A DNA stretch of 64,000 bases from Coniocarpon cinnabarinum (lineage: Eukaryota), in NCBI GenBank assembly GCA_051942205.1, contig JAVECO010000004.1:186001-250000 (forward strand). Reading direction: 5' to 3'. Within the stretch, counting starts at the first letter, position 1, and each line of letters begins with the position of its first letter. Below are positions 45,745 through 60,109 of the stretch, piece by piece. Made by a program: the position numbers and the translations under genes. The notes beneath the pieces are model-generated. The model was not told the origin of the DNA. It saw nothing but the letters and a program-made list of their open reading frames with translations, and made no database searches.

Positions 45745-48138
45745 TCACGGCAAAGCCAACACCACATCCCTCAACTTTTCAAAATTTGGCGTTCCTAACC
45801 CCGTGACTGGATCCCACCCGGGCGCCGCTGGAAACCCACCACTGCCACAGCCCGGATTGCTTCCGTTCGTAATATCATTGAATGCTTGCGGATTCGCATA
45901 GAAAATCGGGTTCAGGAACCCAAGCGGTCCCTTGCCCGCCTGAGTCCGCAAGTCGTTCAACAAGGTGACAATGGACGCCACAATAGGCGTACTCGCCGAT
46001 GTGCCCCCAACGCCAATTGCTCGTCCGAGATAAACGGTCGCGAGATTGTTTCCAATGGCCGCGACGTCCGGGTACGCGCGGGAGGTGCCGCTATTATTGT
46101 ACACATTTGGCCCGTAATCTGGCGCGTACTGGCTCAGGTAGTTGGACACGGCGTCTTTCTGATAGTCCGGGACCTCGAATATATTGCTGAAGCCGCCTCC
46201 TGAGTAGAAATCGAGCTTGGGGTTCGTGGCGTTTGGCTCGGCCACAGCACGCTCGCCACCTGCCACCGTGCCATCTATCAAATCGGTTCCACCGACGACG
46301 GTCACGTACGGACAGTTGTCGGGAAAGCTCGGCGAATACCGAGTTCCGTTCTCGTCAACGTAGAGGTCGTTCTCGTTGAGGCAACTATTTTGATAACCAG
46401 CGTTATACCTGTTGGCGACACCCGAGTCACCTGACGCGAAAAGGACGCTAACCCCTTGTAGGCCTAGCTTCATCCATTCTTGGCATTGGCGGCGCTGGTA
46501 AAATTCCGGGAGGGCGCCTTCGATTTGATTGTAAGAGAAGGAGAAGACGTTTGAGATAGGAGCGCCGCCGCATTGAAGTGGACCTTTGTAGCCTCCTTCG
46601 TTGGGGTCAGGGCTGCGATTTGTCAGTATACTCAAGCATGAGCGAGCTCGACCCTTTGATGCAACGTACTATTGTGGATCCACGTATGGAGCATCTCCGC
46701 CTTCATACGTGCAATAGGAAGCATCGAGAGCATCGAGGAAGATGTTGAAAGTTCCGACTGAGTCAACGTTGACGCTGTCTCCCATCTGGTATAGGCGTAG
46801 GCCTTGTGGATAAATAATTGAATATGCTGTCTGGAAGTCCAAAGCCGACTCGACAACCTCCTGAGCTTGCGCTACCGTTAAGTTTGAAGGCTTACCTCCG
46901 TCAATGCTAATGAATTCAGGGACTGTGTTGTTTGGGATGACCGGATCCGTAAAGTTGGAGAAGAAGATGGGCAGATCTGGATCATAGAGGTAGTCGGACC
47001 ACTCCGCAATACCCATGACATTTGAAGGATCGGTGAAGTTCGGCTTTCCAAAGTTGTAAAGAGCTCTCAAACAGTCGATGGTGATAAGCTCAGAGCAGTT
47101 CGTGGCGTCACTCAAGCCCGTTGCAGAAGTCTCATAGACTCGTTCTGGAGAGCGTCAGTGGTCATCGGGCTCACTTGCAAGTGACACACGAAGCTGGGGT
47201 CCACCGCGACCATATCAAAAATGAGATAAGCATTCGGTTGATCCACATTACAAAGCAACTATGTGTTGTGAACAAAGCGGCCTGGCTTGGCCACCCCCGG
47301 CTTGGCCATTGCGAGCGAGTGCATAGAAGCCAATGTTTTGTATCAATGCAAGGAGTATGACAGAATTCATGTATAAAGTCAAATTGAAAAGAGCTTTGCA
47401 ATCATGGCATTTAAACATTCCTCTCGTGCCTTGGGAAGGGGTTTTGCGAACGATCTTACTCCGATTACTTGGCTCCAATAGGTAAGTCATTGCGAAAGGG
47501 AGAAAAGATACGAAGACGTTGATTGTCCGTTGCAATGGGGCAGTAGTGGAAGATCACTCACTTGGGTGCGCTTGAGCAATGGGCCTCAAGCCATCCAGCT
47601 GGATCGTTGGCATCGCAAAATCGACGTGTTCACGAACATCACGTGGAAGATGATATTCGTCACAAGCGATACGATATCCACCTTCGCGATCGTGCTCATA
47701 AACAAAGTACTCAGTGCTGAAGAGGTGCTCGGCCTCAGCAATCGAAGCATTGAACTGAACCCAGTTGCGTCCCGTTGAATGCGAGATCCTGTGCGAGCCG
47801 ATGCCTGAGTCTGCGAGCCAGTTTGTGACTTTGGCTATGGTGTCGCGAGCCGGCGCGAAAGTGTTGGCGACCTGCTCCGCACTCCAGTGCTTCCCAAAGT
47901 TGGGTGATCTTGGATCCGCAATATCTTGCACATACTGTTCCGCGTTGTGGAGGTTCTGCTGCGTCAATCCTATGCGGATGGGTAGCAGGTCCTCTGGATG
48001 GGCTCTGGCGCGTTTCGTCCACAGGTGCGGCTTGCCACTGCGCTTCTCGTGAAGGACATGTGTATTGGGAGAAGGCGCAGCCAGGCTGGACGCCACAAGC
48101 AGCCCTGCGAAAACAAATGATTGGAATGTTCCCCTCAT
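45745..48138 (-). CDS. Secreted S53 serine-carboxyl peptidase (sedolisin/aorsin/tripeptidyl peptidase), 3 exons
   Basis: Signal peptide, pro-domain (LHEKR, LPIRIGLTQQN), ESALD, SGDSG, RAYPDVAA, GGTSASTP, GWDPVTGLGTP. Introns 47145-47561 and 46613-46669. Confidence 0.93.
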
Positions 48139-51100
48139 TTTTACCTTGTGCTCGGAAGCTTGAAAAAGTCGCCATAATGACGAGCAGCTCTGCAAGACTT
48201 AAGTAGCTCCCAGTTGCCCCGGCGCCTCTTCATGAAAAGACCCCGAAAATGATGTATGTCCCTCGCTATCGCAGCAGATGAGGCACCTTCCATTTTGGGG
48301 GAGTCTAGGGACGAACTAGTATGTGGACACTAGTTTGTTGCGCATACGCTTGCTGAAGCATTCAGAGCAGGTGCTACGCATGACCACATAGACAAGCGGG
48401 GAAACAAAGGTAAGGAGCATCGATCTGAGGAACATGTACTACGGAGGTTTTGCCGTTAGATTCAGGGACTCGAGACCAGAATGGGGAACGTAGAGGCCTG
48501 CTCTCTTTGGACCAAGCGACCGTGCGTAAGAGAGCTGATCAAGCTTCAAGAAACCCTCTTTAGCAGCAAGAAGAAGCAGTGGTAGACCAAACTACTGCAG
48601 CAGCCAGACATCAGAATGATGATATCATCCGCAGTATACCGAGAAACACACTAGCGCCACCCGACGGCCCAATCATAGTCACGTGCTTTCACCCCTGTGC
48701 CAAGATCTCGGCAGCGCATCACGTGCAGCGAGAACCGGCACTGACAGTGACTAGCTGGAAGACCTCGCAATAGTCTCGCCAGGTGGTCTGTCAACGCGAA
48801 CGCCAAGGGCAGAACTTTCGCCCCCAGTCTCCTCAATGGTGTGACACAAATTGGGCACACTCCTTGGTAGGTATCTTTCTTGAGAAATGCCGCTTCGTCC
48901 ATCGCGAACCCAATCTCAAACATCTAGCGGTTGACTTCGTCCCCCCTATCTGCCTTAGGATGTTTTCTTTCATGCAACAACTTCAATCAGTCCCGGTGTT
49001 CGTGCCTAGCGGACATAAAGTCAGAATGGATTACCTTCTTTTCCATGACCCATTCTCGCTTGCACACGCGTAGAACTCACTCGACTCTTCAAAAATAAAG
49101 TCACGACTGCTGACAATCCTCTTTTGCCCACGTGTCTTGGATCGCTCGCCTCAAGTCGTCCTGCCAATTGTTGGTGAAGAAGTAACGTTGGTTCCACTCG
49201 TTCATTGCCCAGTCAAGGTTAGTCCGATTCCGCTCAGATCTTATAATGGCAAGACTTGTGAAGGGGAGGGTGAATTCGAGCACAGTGATCTTTCCTGGCC
49301 TGCTCACGCCTTCTTTCGAAATGCTCACGGCTGAGCTGGGCAGTTTGAGATGAGGAGGGATCAGACATTTTCGTCCACGAATGGAAATTGCTTTTACTGG
49401 TTACGGAGACAAAGCGATAGCGGAGAGATGCCTAATAATGTTTGCAGGACGAAGATAATAATGAATGCCTAGGTGCATGCCATGTCATTCAGTAATGGCA
49501 CAGCATGTGAGCTTCAATCTCCCGCGAATAGATTCTGACAAGGATATGTGCTTAGGAACTGACTTCATATGCCAAGGGATCGTTTGGCGCCTTGTGGGCT
49601 ACAAATGTGTCACATTCCAACGTGACTAACTTTCAAGCAACGTGCATCTCCCTCTACACCGCGATGCCGACGAGCAAATGATCTGCTGTCTGGAATGACG
49701 TTACTTTTATGACTTATGCTCATCTTGTGCTTCAAGCAACCTGGTCTATGCTTCCCACATTGCGGCGCTGACAAGCGAAGGGTCTTTTGTCTCAACTCAA
49801 GCCATTTAATGATCCGAATTCAGCGTGCGGCAGTGCTGCTTTATCCTTTGTGAGCCAGCCTCGAATACCGCGAAGACAGTGAAACGCGCATCCTAAGTTC
49901 CTGAAAGGCATAGACCGCAAATGAGCTTTGATCAGGATATCCACGTTCGTTTTCATCTGCGACGACTGTCAGCACGGAGTTCTGGTTGCCCCTGCTCCCG
50001 ACCGGTATCGCATCCGCGATGCCAAAACCACAAAGAGTCATAATCAAATCGCGATTGCAAAGAAAAATACTGACCACTTACCGATAGTTAGGGGTTGCGA
50101 GATTACATACATCCCGAACGGCAAGCTCGCATAGGTGCCACTGAGCTATTGCTGCTGCCATCTTCATCGTCGTCGCTGCTGCTCGAGCCAATCATAGCCA
50201 CGATTATAGTGTTGCTATGTGGTAGCAAGTAGGTCCCATTCCTGGCTCATCTCCGAGTTAATTTCGTCTATCCAGCCCGTGCTACCTCTGTCGGTAGCTG
50301 TTCATGATCATAGCCATGACCAACCAATGGAGGTCATGACTGAACTGCGTCATAATCAATAAGACCATAACCACGCTGCTGCTGATGAAAATACTCAGGA
50401 CTACTATCAACAAACGCTTCACTAAGAGCGTTGTTCGTGCTTCTTTCTGGTGTCAGTACTTTGTTCCACTGTTTTCGGACTGAGACGCCTGTGCTTAGCA
50501 CACTATAGCGCCATACACACAATCGCCTATTTAAAAAGTAGGGAATTCCGTGTATACATGTTTCAGGAAATGTGCGCTTAGTCTTGAAGAACACATATTC
50601 GTTACATACGCGCTCGGTGAATACACGCTCAGTGAATATACGCTTAGTCAATCTGCTTTTTGCGGGTAAGCCTTGGGTGAATTTATTCTTTATAGATAGG
50701 TTCTCCGCAGATGCGCCTTTACGGCAAAGTCCTTTCACGCTGATTGCATACATAGAGCAATGACGTTGACTCTTTCGGGATGTAGCTTACTGGGTATAGC
50801 AAAGAAGATAATAAGTACAGGGGCACAGATGCGCAAATCATGGAAAAGCGGTGGACAAGACGACCTTTCCAAAATAAAAATGAGGCGCGTTTACCATATC
50901 AAAAGGTGACTAGCAAGCGGCTTCGTGATATGATTTGGTTTGCAAAACCGCCATGCTCATTGAGCGCTTTAACCACAGATTTGGTGCAAATCCTGCAGCA
51001 TTTTGGTGCCTAGATGATATTTTCCTGGCAAGGAAACGACGCCTAAACAGTCTTCAAAGACATCTCTGCAGCCTTTGCACCGCTCATCCTAGACTCCACC

Positions 51101-51202
51101 TTCCTGCTACTCTACAGTCTGCTTCAGGCTGGAGGAAAATCTCCTAAGAGGACAAAAAACCTCCAACGGCGCAGCCATGCTCGCGCTTCCCCATCTCGCT
51201 AC

Positions 51203-51681
51203 TTACGCGTAGGGATTGAGCACCTCCGCCGTGCCCCCTGTCCCTCCACGGCAGCACTGCCCATTAATGACTTGGCCTTTCAAAGCAATGAGTGACAGGT
51301 CCTTGAGTAGAGCACTGAAGAATGAACACATCAAGAAAAGGAGATGACTCACTCTGGGCATCGTACAGGCAATTGTCTGCCCCAAAGTAAATGTCGCCGT
51401 AGTCAGCAGGCCACGTGGCGTCGAGCCTGCATCCGGGGACTGCAGTCGGATATTTGTTTCCGCTGTTGAATTGGGCGTAGATCGTGGCGGAGCCGCCGTC
51501 GACGTTGGTAGAGCCGCCGCAGACACCTGCGCCGTTCACGTCGATGCAACCTCGGTTGACGTGCTTGAATCGTTAGTCTGGTATGTGTAGAGAAGGTGAG
51601 AGGTGGGATGCGAACGAATTTAGTTGCACCGATGGTCGAAGCCAGGGCAAGGACGAAAAGCGTTTGCTTGATGAGAGACAT
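51203..51681 (-). CDS. Small secreted cysteine-containing protein, 3 exons
   Basis: MSLIKQTLFVLALASTIGA signal peptide; middle exon GC..VCGG..GC..NCLYDAQ; last exon GQCC..NPYA. Confidence 0.7.
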
Positions 51682-52618
51682 GGCGTTGATGGCGTCGATC
51701 CACACAGGCACCGTACAGTAAACAATAGCAGTTGCGAGAAGAATACGGATAGGTTTGTAAGGGTGTAAGGAAATGTGAGGATGAATCTGAGAGAGCTGTT
51801 CGTAATGCTCAACAAGGTGGAGGAGTGCCTCTCTTAAATATTCTCTTCTGGACTGTGGCATCTGACGATCGTCGCCTGTCCAACGGACAAGGTCCCGCGC
51901 CCTCGATACGCTGACGTTGACTGGTGAAGGGACCTATTGCCCATCTTTGCTCGCAGAGTCCTGAGTCCTTCGATCCCTGTCATCATATTCAGAGCGTTGG
52001 TCGGCTCGCTGCCGTGTGAACGCGCCACCCCTCTGCGCAATGCAGGTGCACACATGTATAGATTTCTGCATATGGTGAATGCCGCCACAAGTCGAGTGTT
52101 GATAGCGCTGCAGAAGCCAAGTCGCTTCCGCAGACGATCAGCATGCACGTGACGGGTCCTTTGCAAGCACCCAATGAGAACGGCATAGCAGGCTGACAAC
52201 GGGATGCAACAGCGCTTATAACAGTGAAATCCTCCGGCCAAGCGACGCTTTTGTAGAATGAGAGCGGGACGTAGCGAAAGCTTAAAGCTGTAATGCCCGC
52301 CTTGTCAAGTGAGTGAGTGACAATCTCGCTCCGTGAAACTTCTTGGAGCGGGCTTTGGGAATCTGACGAACTGATGACCGATCAGTGCCCGGCCACAAGT
52401 CTACTTGAGGCAGGTCTTGGCTTAGAAGCTGATATGTGCCGGCTAGCTGTGCCGATGCGTCAGCTTTGACTCCATTGGACTTTTTAGCTGCATAGACGAA
52501 GAATTTGCGGCTGTATGGAGCGCCACCGGACACCAGGGGAGACATCACGGTCCGCCATTCATAAAATAGAGTGGTATATTGGGTATTGTACACTGTGTCA
52601 GCTACTTGCTGCCCTTCC

Positions 52619-54500
52619 TTACACTTTCTCGCTAGCATCTCGAGCGTCCTCCTTCTTTTGTGTTGATTCCTCACTCTTTCCTTCAGCCGCGTTCGCATCT
52701 GCCGGTTTCCCATTCGATTTCGGCTTCACGCTCTTCCAAGGCAACAGAGCCGATCCTAATATCGACGCCGCAGCCGTGGCCACTCCAATCGCAAACACAT
52801 CCACCATTGCATCATTATAACCCTGCAGAGCTTGCGTACGATACTGCTCCGGTATGAGCTTCTGGAAATCGGTCGCCCCTGAGGTCTCAAAGAGCTTAGG
52901 GTTGATGCCGGGTATGTCCGACAACGACTTGCTCAACCGATTGTCCAAAAGATTTTGGCCCACCGAAACAAACAGCGCACCACCCAGTGTTTGCCCGAAG
53001 AACATCAAAGCAACACCTGTGTTGACGTCCTTTTTGTCGAGGACCACTTGCGCAGCCAGGCTTGGCTGTTGCTGACCAAGTCCAAGCCCGAAGCCAAACA
53101 GGAATTGTGCGCCAATCCACATTGGATGATTCGTACTCGGTGTCCATAGTTGAAAGAGTCCAGCGCCTGCAGACGCGACGATGCTGCAAAGGATGGCATT
53201 AGGTGTATAGTATCCGATCTTGCGTATGAATATTCCAGAACCTGTCGAAGCGATAACCAGTGACAAGATCAAGGGAATGTTCATCACCCCAGCATGCGCA
53301 GCTGACGCGCCTTTGATCGCTTGAAACCACGTCGGGAGCCAATATGTGATCGTAAGCATAGCGCTGCCTGTCATGATTACCATCCAGAACCCAGCGAGAA
53401 TGGTTTGGTTTTTCATAACGTGAAGCGGCAGTGTGGCATATTCTTTTTGGTACACTTGACTTGCAAACCACAGGATTAAGAGTACCCCGAAGACAACCAA
53501 CAAAGAGATGATGCGACCGTCGCTCCATGGATATTTCGTTCCGCCCCATTGAAGTGCCAAGAGAAGACACACGACCGCGGGCATAAATAAAATGTTGCCG
53601 AGAGGGTCGAGTCGCTTTACCTGTTCGCGCCAATGCGGCGGCTTGCGCTCCAATGCTTCAGAGCTTTTGAGGAATATGAGTATCATTACCATTACCACTC
53701 CGCCAATCGGCAAGTTGATGTCTAGGTTGTGTCAGCAATAGGATCATTTCAGATCCACGAGGCACGAGCATGTTGTACTCACAGAAACACCAGCGCCAAG
53801 AAACATTGGTCGTGAAGGCACCGCCCAACAGCGGGCCAACTACACTTGCAATACCCATGAAAGCGCCAACGAGCCCCATCCACATTGGTCTATCCTTCAG
53901 AGGCGTGATCGCCACCATGATGGCCACACTTCCGCTAATAATCCCCGCTGCACCAACACCTTGGATCGCGCGGCCCCAGATGAAGCTGACTGAGTTCGGA
54001 CTGACGGCACAAAGCAAGCTGGCGACCTCGAATATTGAAATGCAAGCCATGTAGACCCATTTGACATTGTAAAAGGTGTAGATCTTGCCCATGAGCAGTT
54101 GAAAACAACAGGTGGTCATAAAGAAAGCGGACCCATACCAGCCGATGTCGTCGAAAGAGTCGAACTGATTCGACAGTGTTGGGATAGCGACACCGATGAT
54201 GGTGCGATCGAGAGCTACGAGGAAAATCGCAGCATAGATACAGAGCATGATTGGAATGACCACCCGTTTGGGAGGCAAAGGCCGAGATTGTGTCCTTGTG
54301 AGCTCCATGGCTTGCGTCTTTTCGTCGACCGCAGCACTGCTCGGTGTGGGTTCCAGGTGTGGGGGAGCTGTAGCGTTGAGCGATGGAGGTGCATAACTTG
54401 CATCTCGACTCTGCGGCTGCGACTGTTCATGGGGTGGAGAATCTGTGGATGCTTCAGATGATGCCACTGAAGCTTTGTCCACTTCGGGGTGGGTTGCCAT
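52619..54500 (-). CDS. MFS drug/toxin efflux pump (14-TMS DHA2 type), 2 exons
   Basis: LVALDRTII, DIGWYGSAF, GRAIQGVG, GPLLGGAFT..SWRWCF, LALQWGG.KYPW. Confidence 0.93.
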
Positions 54501-55390
54501 ATTAGATCGCACGGGACAACAGCTCGGTTAACATGAATTCAGTGGATCAATGCGCAATGTAAGTACACGGCAGCTGTGTTACTTGAAGCGAGAAGAGGTG
54601 TGTGCTTTGTTAGCCACGCAAACGGTAAGTGATGGTGTTGATCGAAACTGATAGCAGGCGCGAGTCGACAGATAGAGCAGCGAAGAGGTTTATGTAACTG
54701 CCAGGAAGCACCCACTCATCGCTGTTTTGTCTTGTTGTGCAGTACTTATGCGCATCATGTCGGATTGCAGGCATCCGGCACCCGGAGACTCCGCACGAGA
54801 TTTTGCCGCCATGAGGATTTCTTGAGACCTTCGATCCTGCCAGGGGTGGACTGAATCCACTGTGTCTTGGGCTACGCGAGCTTGGTGGGCTCTGTAGCTG
54901 CCGTCTGCCATTGTGCCAGTTGTTGTCACTGCGGAAGAGATGGTTACGTTGTGCAATTCTCGTTTCGGACGGGCTTTCGATTTGTCCGTGACTCCGGATG
55001 TAGCACGTGCTGGAACTTGGCTCCAGGCAGGTCCGAAGATTCGTGACACCGCAGAATGACGTTGGAGTCAAGCTGAATGCCACAGCAAGGGGCCTCGTAG
55101 GAATGTGCTTGCCGCATTGTCAGACAGCGTCTTATGGGTCGTAATGGCTCGCTCCGTTATCATCTCAGGTGCTTAGCTGTGTACTTCGATTCGATCTCAT
55201 CGTAGAGGCTTGTCCCGGGGACCACCCAGGTAAGATATGGCAGCGATTTTGTCCAAGACCCTTGCCGTTTGTGATCCCTGCTCACCGAGCATTGGAAAGA
55301 ATAGAACGTTCAAAATTCTCAAGGTAGCAGCATAGAAAATGTGCGCGCTCTCTTTTGACGGTACTATAGCGTTATCGGGAAAGAGGTGGG

Positions 55391-56479
55391 TCATGACTTG
55401 AAGATATTATCGACGCGCTTCTGACGATCCCACAAGACTTGTGCAGGGGGTCCGACTGTCCTGAAGTATCTGATCCTGTGCATAGGAATGAAATCCTCGT
55501 CTGTGCTATCCCTGAGCCATGCACTTGCGAAGATCTCTTGGGTACCTTCATGCCGATCCAAGTAGCCAACCACCACTTTCTCTGCATCGAACCTGTCAGC
55601 GTCGTGAAGGATGCGATTTAGTACATCTTGTGCTGGCCGAAGTGAACAATGCTCGCCCATGCTGAGCCCCGAGCTGCGTTCATCTCCTTGCAAGTTTAGT
55701 GCTACTCTGTGTGACTGATCTAGGAGAGGAGCCAGGTGCGGTTGCAACGCTAATACCAGTATGCTACAACCTTCCTTGCCCAGCTGCACGTCAGTATCAA
55801 GGTGCGACATCTGAATGGCTAGAGGAGATTCAAAGCATAACACCCGGCTTTGCCTGGTGTTTGCCTTAATATCTGCGGCCTCGAAAAGCTCAAAGGTTGC
55901 TTTTTGCACAAGATTCATTTGCACACCGGCTCTGGGAGTGCGCCCGATGACAACAAGAGACACTCTGTTGTTGATGCGTAGAAGTAAGTCCAAAAGAGTT
56001 CGAAACGCCGAAATGGAGCCCCTCTGGAAGGCTGTCTCTCTTTGTTTGTTCCATGTCTCAAGAGTATCATGTGCGCCAACGCTGAGAATGATCAAATTTG
56101 AACAATTGTCCGTCCCACTGAATAGACCAGACAAGGCGTCGAACAGACCGATGCGCAGGCGATACAGCACGTTTGCGATTGTATCCTCCGACACAGTAAG
56201 ATCCAAGACTTTTGGTACGTGTCTCGCGGTGATGGTTTTTTGCAAGGCTTTTTCGAGAACGGGAGACGCATTGCTTAAAGACTCGTCGCCAAGCATTACA
56301 ATGGTAGAGGTCGGATCTTCCCCATCCCTTTGCGTTTCAAGGGCAGTCTTCATCGCCGGAAGGTGTACATCGGTCGTAATCTGTTGTGAGTACTCGCGAC
56401 AATGTTGGTGCTTGTCAACGGCAACCAACAGGTCTGCAGGAATCAGATCGTGGTCAGAGACCACGCTCGCTGGCTCCAT
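55391..56479 (-). CDS. Protein with C-terminal MJ1316/DUF504 domain and a degenerate SGNH-like middle region
   Basis: LRPAQDVLNRILHD..VVGYLDRHEG..IPMHRIRYFR..LWDRQKRVD. Middle region has VMLGDE and ILSVGAHD. Confidence 0.7.
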   Translation of the reverse strand: MEPASVVSDHDLIPADLLVAVDKHQHCREYSQQITTDVHLPAMKTALETQRDGEDPTSTIVMLGDESLSNASPVLEKALQKTITARHVPKVLDLTVSEDTIANVLYRLRIGLFDALSGLFSGTDNCSNLIILSVGAHDTLETWNKQRETAFQRGSISAFRTLLDLLLRINNRVSLVVIGRTPRAGVQMNLVQKATFELFEAADIKANTRQSRVLCFESPLAIQMSHLDTDVQLGKEGCSILVLALQPHLAPLLDQSHRVALNLQGDERSSGLSMGEHCSLRPAQDVLNRILHDADRFDAEKVVVGYLDRHEGTQEIFASAWLRDSTDEDFIPMHRIRYFRTVGPPAQVLWDRQKRVDNIFKS

Positions 56480-57596
56480 GACTTGAAACGCTAAAAGCCT
56501 CGGGTTATGCGTAGTGGATGTGGAGAAAGTCAGGTCTTTAGCCAGCAGATGTCTAATGGTAGAGGATCGATATTGCAGGCCAGGTATCGATGCGCCGTAC
56601 ATTTATTTTGAGCTCCCATTCAGAGCTGTATCTCACATGATTAAGGTGGCTGTTTGTGGCTGTTCTCAGCCGTGTCAGGCTGCATGGGGCGGAGTTGAGT
56701 CATAATGAGACGCAAGTGCGAGACCACCGAGGAGGAAGGGGTACGGTACGAGAGCCAGATCTACAACTCAATGTTGCGCACAGCATGAGTCAGACATCGT
56801 ATTTTGGGTATAGCATAGCTGGATGACTGGTTGCTTGCAAATTGGGGGAGAAGTGTCGATTACTTGCAGTTTGGACTTTACTGGCGTATACATGAGGGAT
56901 AACACAGCATCAGTAGTACAGCGATTTGCAGCGACGACGCGCCGTACCTCAGCGCGGTAAGATGTTGTGCAACGCGTGACGCGTATTCCTCCTCAGGGAG
57001 CCTTCGCTGCATCCTGACTGTGCATCTTACACCAAGCGGGTGATTGGAATCTCAATACTTGGTGCGTCACAGTAATCAAGGTTGGGTGGCAAGAATCACG
57101 GCGCAAACAAAAAAGCACCCTGCATGCGCCTCCGTCAGATACATTCAGATATTTGGAGTAAAATCATACCTGATATCCACTCCCAAAATCTATATCAAAG
57201 TTGAAAGTCCTAGAATTTGATGGCAATTTTGCGCTGCAGCATTTGCGCCACGAATTCCGCTACCGTTTCTCGCACGACCATGGAGTCTCGGCATATGAAA
57301 TCCCGAGCAGCATCCAGTCACGTGCTGATGCTCATATCGCGGAACGCACAGACACTGCCACGTGACTGCTTCTTATCACCAATGGATGCCCGGATGAAGT
57401 AGCTCCCCCGCGCTTGCCCGGATGGAGATGTGAAACTGACCTTGCCAGGGTCCTGTCATGTTTGGACGATCCGGTCTCTGCTGTTTAGATATGCTGCAAT
57501 CTCGACTCTCCCCCATCAAGCCCCCTCCCCAGCATCGCCTTTCTGTTTCTGCCATACTGTCGTTGTAATATCAGTCATTCGCTATTGACCATCAGC

Positions 57597-59170
57597 ATGT
57601 GGTCTGTTCTTCTCGGCGCCCTCGCCACCCTTTCAACTGTCGCTTCCGCCATTCCGACCATATCTGCAAAAGGTCGGAAAAATGCCTCAAGAGACCGGTT
57701 CTTCGCGATCTGACGCCGCTGACTTTGTATCTACCCAGGCCAAAAGTTCTTCGACAGTAATGGTGCTCAGTTCTTCATCAAGGGCGTCGCATACCAACTC
57801 ACAGAATCCGACCCATTGCTTGACAACGACCAATGTCGCGCCGACGCGAAGCTGATGAGCGATCTGGGCGCCAACGCGATTCGTGTTTACCACGTAAGTC
57901 GTGCTCCAGTGTATAATAGACTATCAACTGTCTGCTTACGCCGCTAAGGTCGACGATGGCGACCATTCTGGCTGCATGCAAACCTTCTCCGACGCCGGCA
58001 TCTACGTCTTCCTCGATCTTGACACATTTAACACATACATTCTCGAAGATGATGCCTTTTGGAACCAAACTCAATTACAGGCATACTCGGCGGTGATGGA
58101 TGAGTTCCAGGCCTTTGACAACCTTGCGGGATTCTTCATTGGCAACGAGGTCATCCAAATGGGCAACTATTCCACTGCCGCTGTTTACATCAAATCAGCA
58201 ACTCGCGATCTCAAGGCATACAGAGACTCGAAGGGATATCGGGATATCCCGATCGGCTACTCGCATGCAGACATCTCCTCGCTCAGACCTAATCTGCAAA
58301 ATTATCTCTCATGTGGTACAAACAATTCTGTAAACATTGACTTTTTTGGACTCAATGCGTACGAATGGTGCGGAGACAACGACTTCCAGGGATCTGGCTA
58401 CGCAACCCTCCAACAACAGGCCATGGATTATCCTGTGCCCATCTTTTTGTCTGAAACAGGATGCAACAAACCTGAGCCTCGGACCTTTCAAGATCAGACC
58501 GCTGTCTTCGGCCCAGACATGGACCAGACTTGGAGCGGCGCGATCATTTACGAATGGATTCAAGAAGCCAACGGCTATGGCTTAGTCGCTTATGACTCTG
58601 CGTTGACAGCTGGCACGGCGACAATTCCTGGCACTGCTAGCATCCCGAGGAGCGGGACTCCACTACCTGTCTCGCCTGACTACAGCAACCTGAAGAAGGT
58701 CTGGGCGTCTGTTACTCCTAGCAGCGTCTCAGCAAACGCATACAACCCCTCCATGACTAATCCACCATGCCCTGCTTATACATCGGGTGTCTGGGAAATC
58801 AACGGTGATGCGTCATTGCCGGCTTTGGGTGAGACTTTGAACCCGCAACAAAGCGCAAGTGTCACTGCTGGTGGTAGTGGTGAGTACATTCTTGGCTTAT
58901 TCCTCCACAACGTGTTGAACGTGCTGGCGTTGATTCCTTCCGTTTGCAATAACATTGGCTGCTCCCTTGGATGACGGCAACTTTTTGCTGACTGTGCGAC
59001 AGGCCCTGCCCCAACAGCTAGCGCCACACAGAGCGGTATTGCATCGCCTGGCAAGGTAAGTCTCATTGCTTTCGTTGCATGCGACGTCCATGCTAATAAA
59101 GCTTTAGGAGGTCGCCGGGATGGGCTTGGGTCTTGCCGGCGTCATGCTTGGCTTTATTTGGTGGCTTTAA
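57597..59170 (+). CDS. GH72 beta-1,3-glucanosyltransferase (Gel/Gas family), GPI-anchored, multi-exon
   Basis: Signal peptide, FFIKGVAYQ, NAIRVY, FFIGNEV, LNAYEWCG, FLSETGCN, WSGAIIYEW, hydrophobic C-terminal tail. Confidence 0.93.
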
Positions 59171-60109
59171 GTTATCGGGAAGCTAACATTGTCTTTGAGT
59201 CCTTGCGATTCGCTTCTCACGATCCAGGTGCTCGTGCTTTATCGAATTAAGTTATCAGCGGACTGAGCGTGGCTAAATGTACATTCGCTGCCCGCTTGCT
59301 TGGCCTTGATGGCGCATTCGGCTCGAAAGATCACGTCAATACATTTTGGGGTCTCGGAGCAGAGCATCAAACTTCCTTTGCAGCATGTCTATGGGAAATA
59401 TCTATTTGTAATGGCATGTTTCGGCGCCATCATAGGTACTTGTCGGCTGAGGAAGTAGTGTGTCGACGATTCAATCTAGACTAAAAGCGTTGCATTGAAG
59501 CAGGACACTTGTCAACGATCCACATGACGGAATTGCTTGCCTTGTATGCTCGGTGCTTGGCATTCTATAGGGTCTCGTTTGCTGAAACGGAGTTCGAAAT
59601 TGCTTGGTAGAGTCCCTCATCCGCAGTCTGTCATGTCAGCCAAGTCACAGCGTTCCAGTGAGCATCAGCTTAGTGCTGTAATCATCATATACAGCCATAT
59701 TCCCATGTAAGGGTCGTATTGGCTCCTTCCTTCTCGCTACTTAAACAATATCAGGCCGACATAGGACCCTACAGCTCACGTACCCTGACGCCCATCGAAT
59801 TCCATCTACAGGGAGGTTAGGGAAGTGGTTTCATGAAATTTGGATACAGTAGAGTGTCGCTGAATTTTTGAAGGATTTTTCGTGTTTCACTTCGATCACT
59901 GAATGCAGACGGATGAGTTGCAGTGTACAGAGGCTGCTTGGGCAGGGTAAAGTCACTGAATTGTTTGTTGTGTTGTTGCTAGGCAAGGCTAGGTGCTGAT
60001 TTCGGACGGACGAGGCGCTTAGCGCCCACCACAAATGCCCTGGTTGACGCGTTTGAGGGATGCTCTCGGCGACTTGTGAAGCTGTAGCAAATGCAATGCA
60101 TGTCAGACC

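Noticed and set aside
50586..50652. Three 16-bp degenerate repeats (TACRCGCTCRGTGAA) in AT-richer DNA
   Set aside because: Too short and degenerate to assign; may be a decayed repeat
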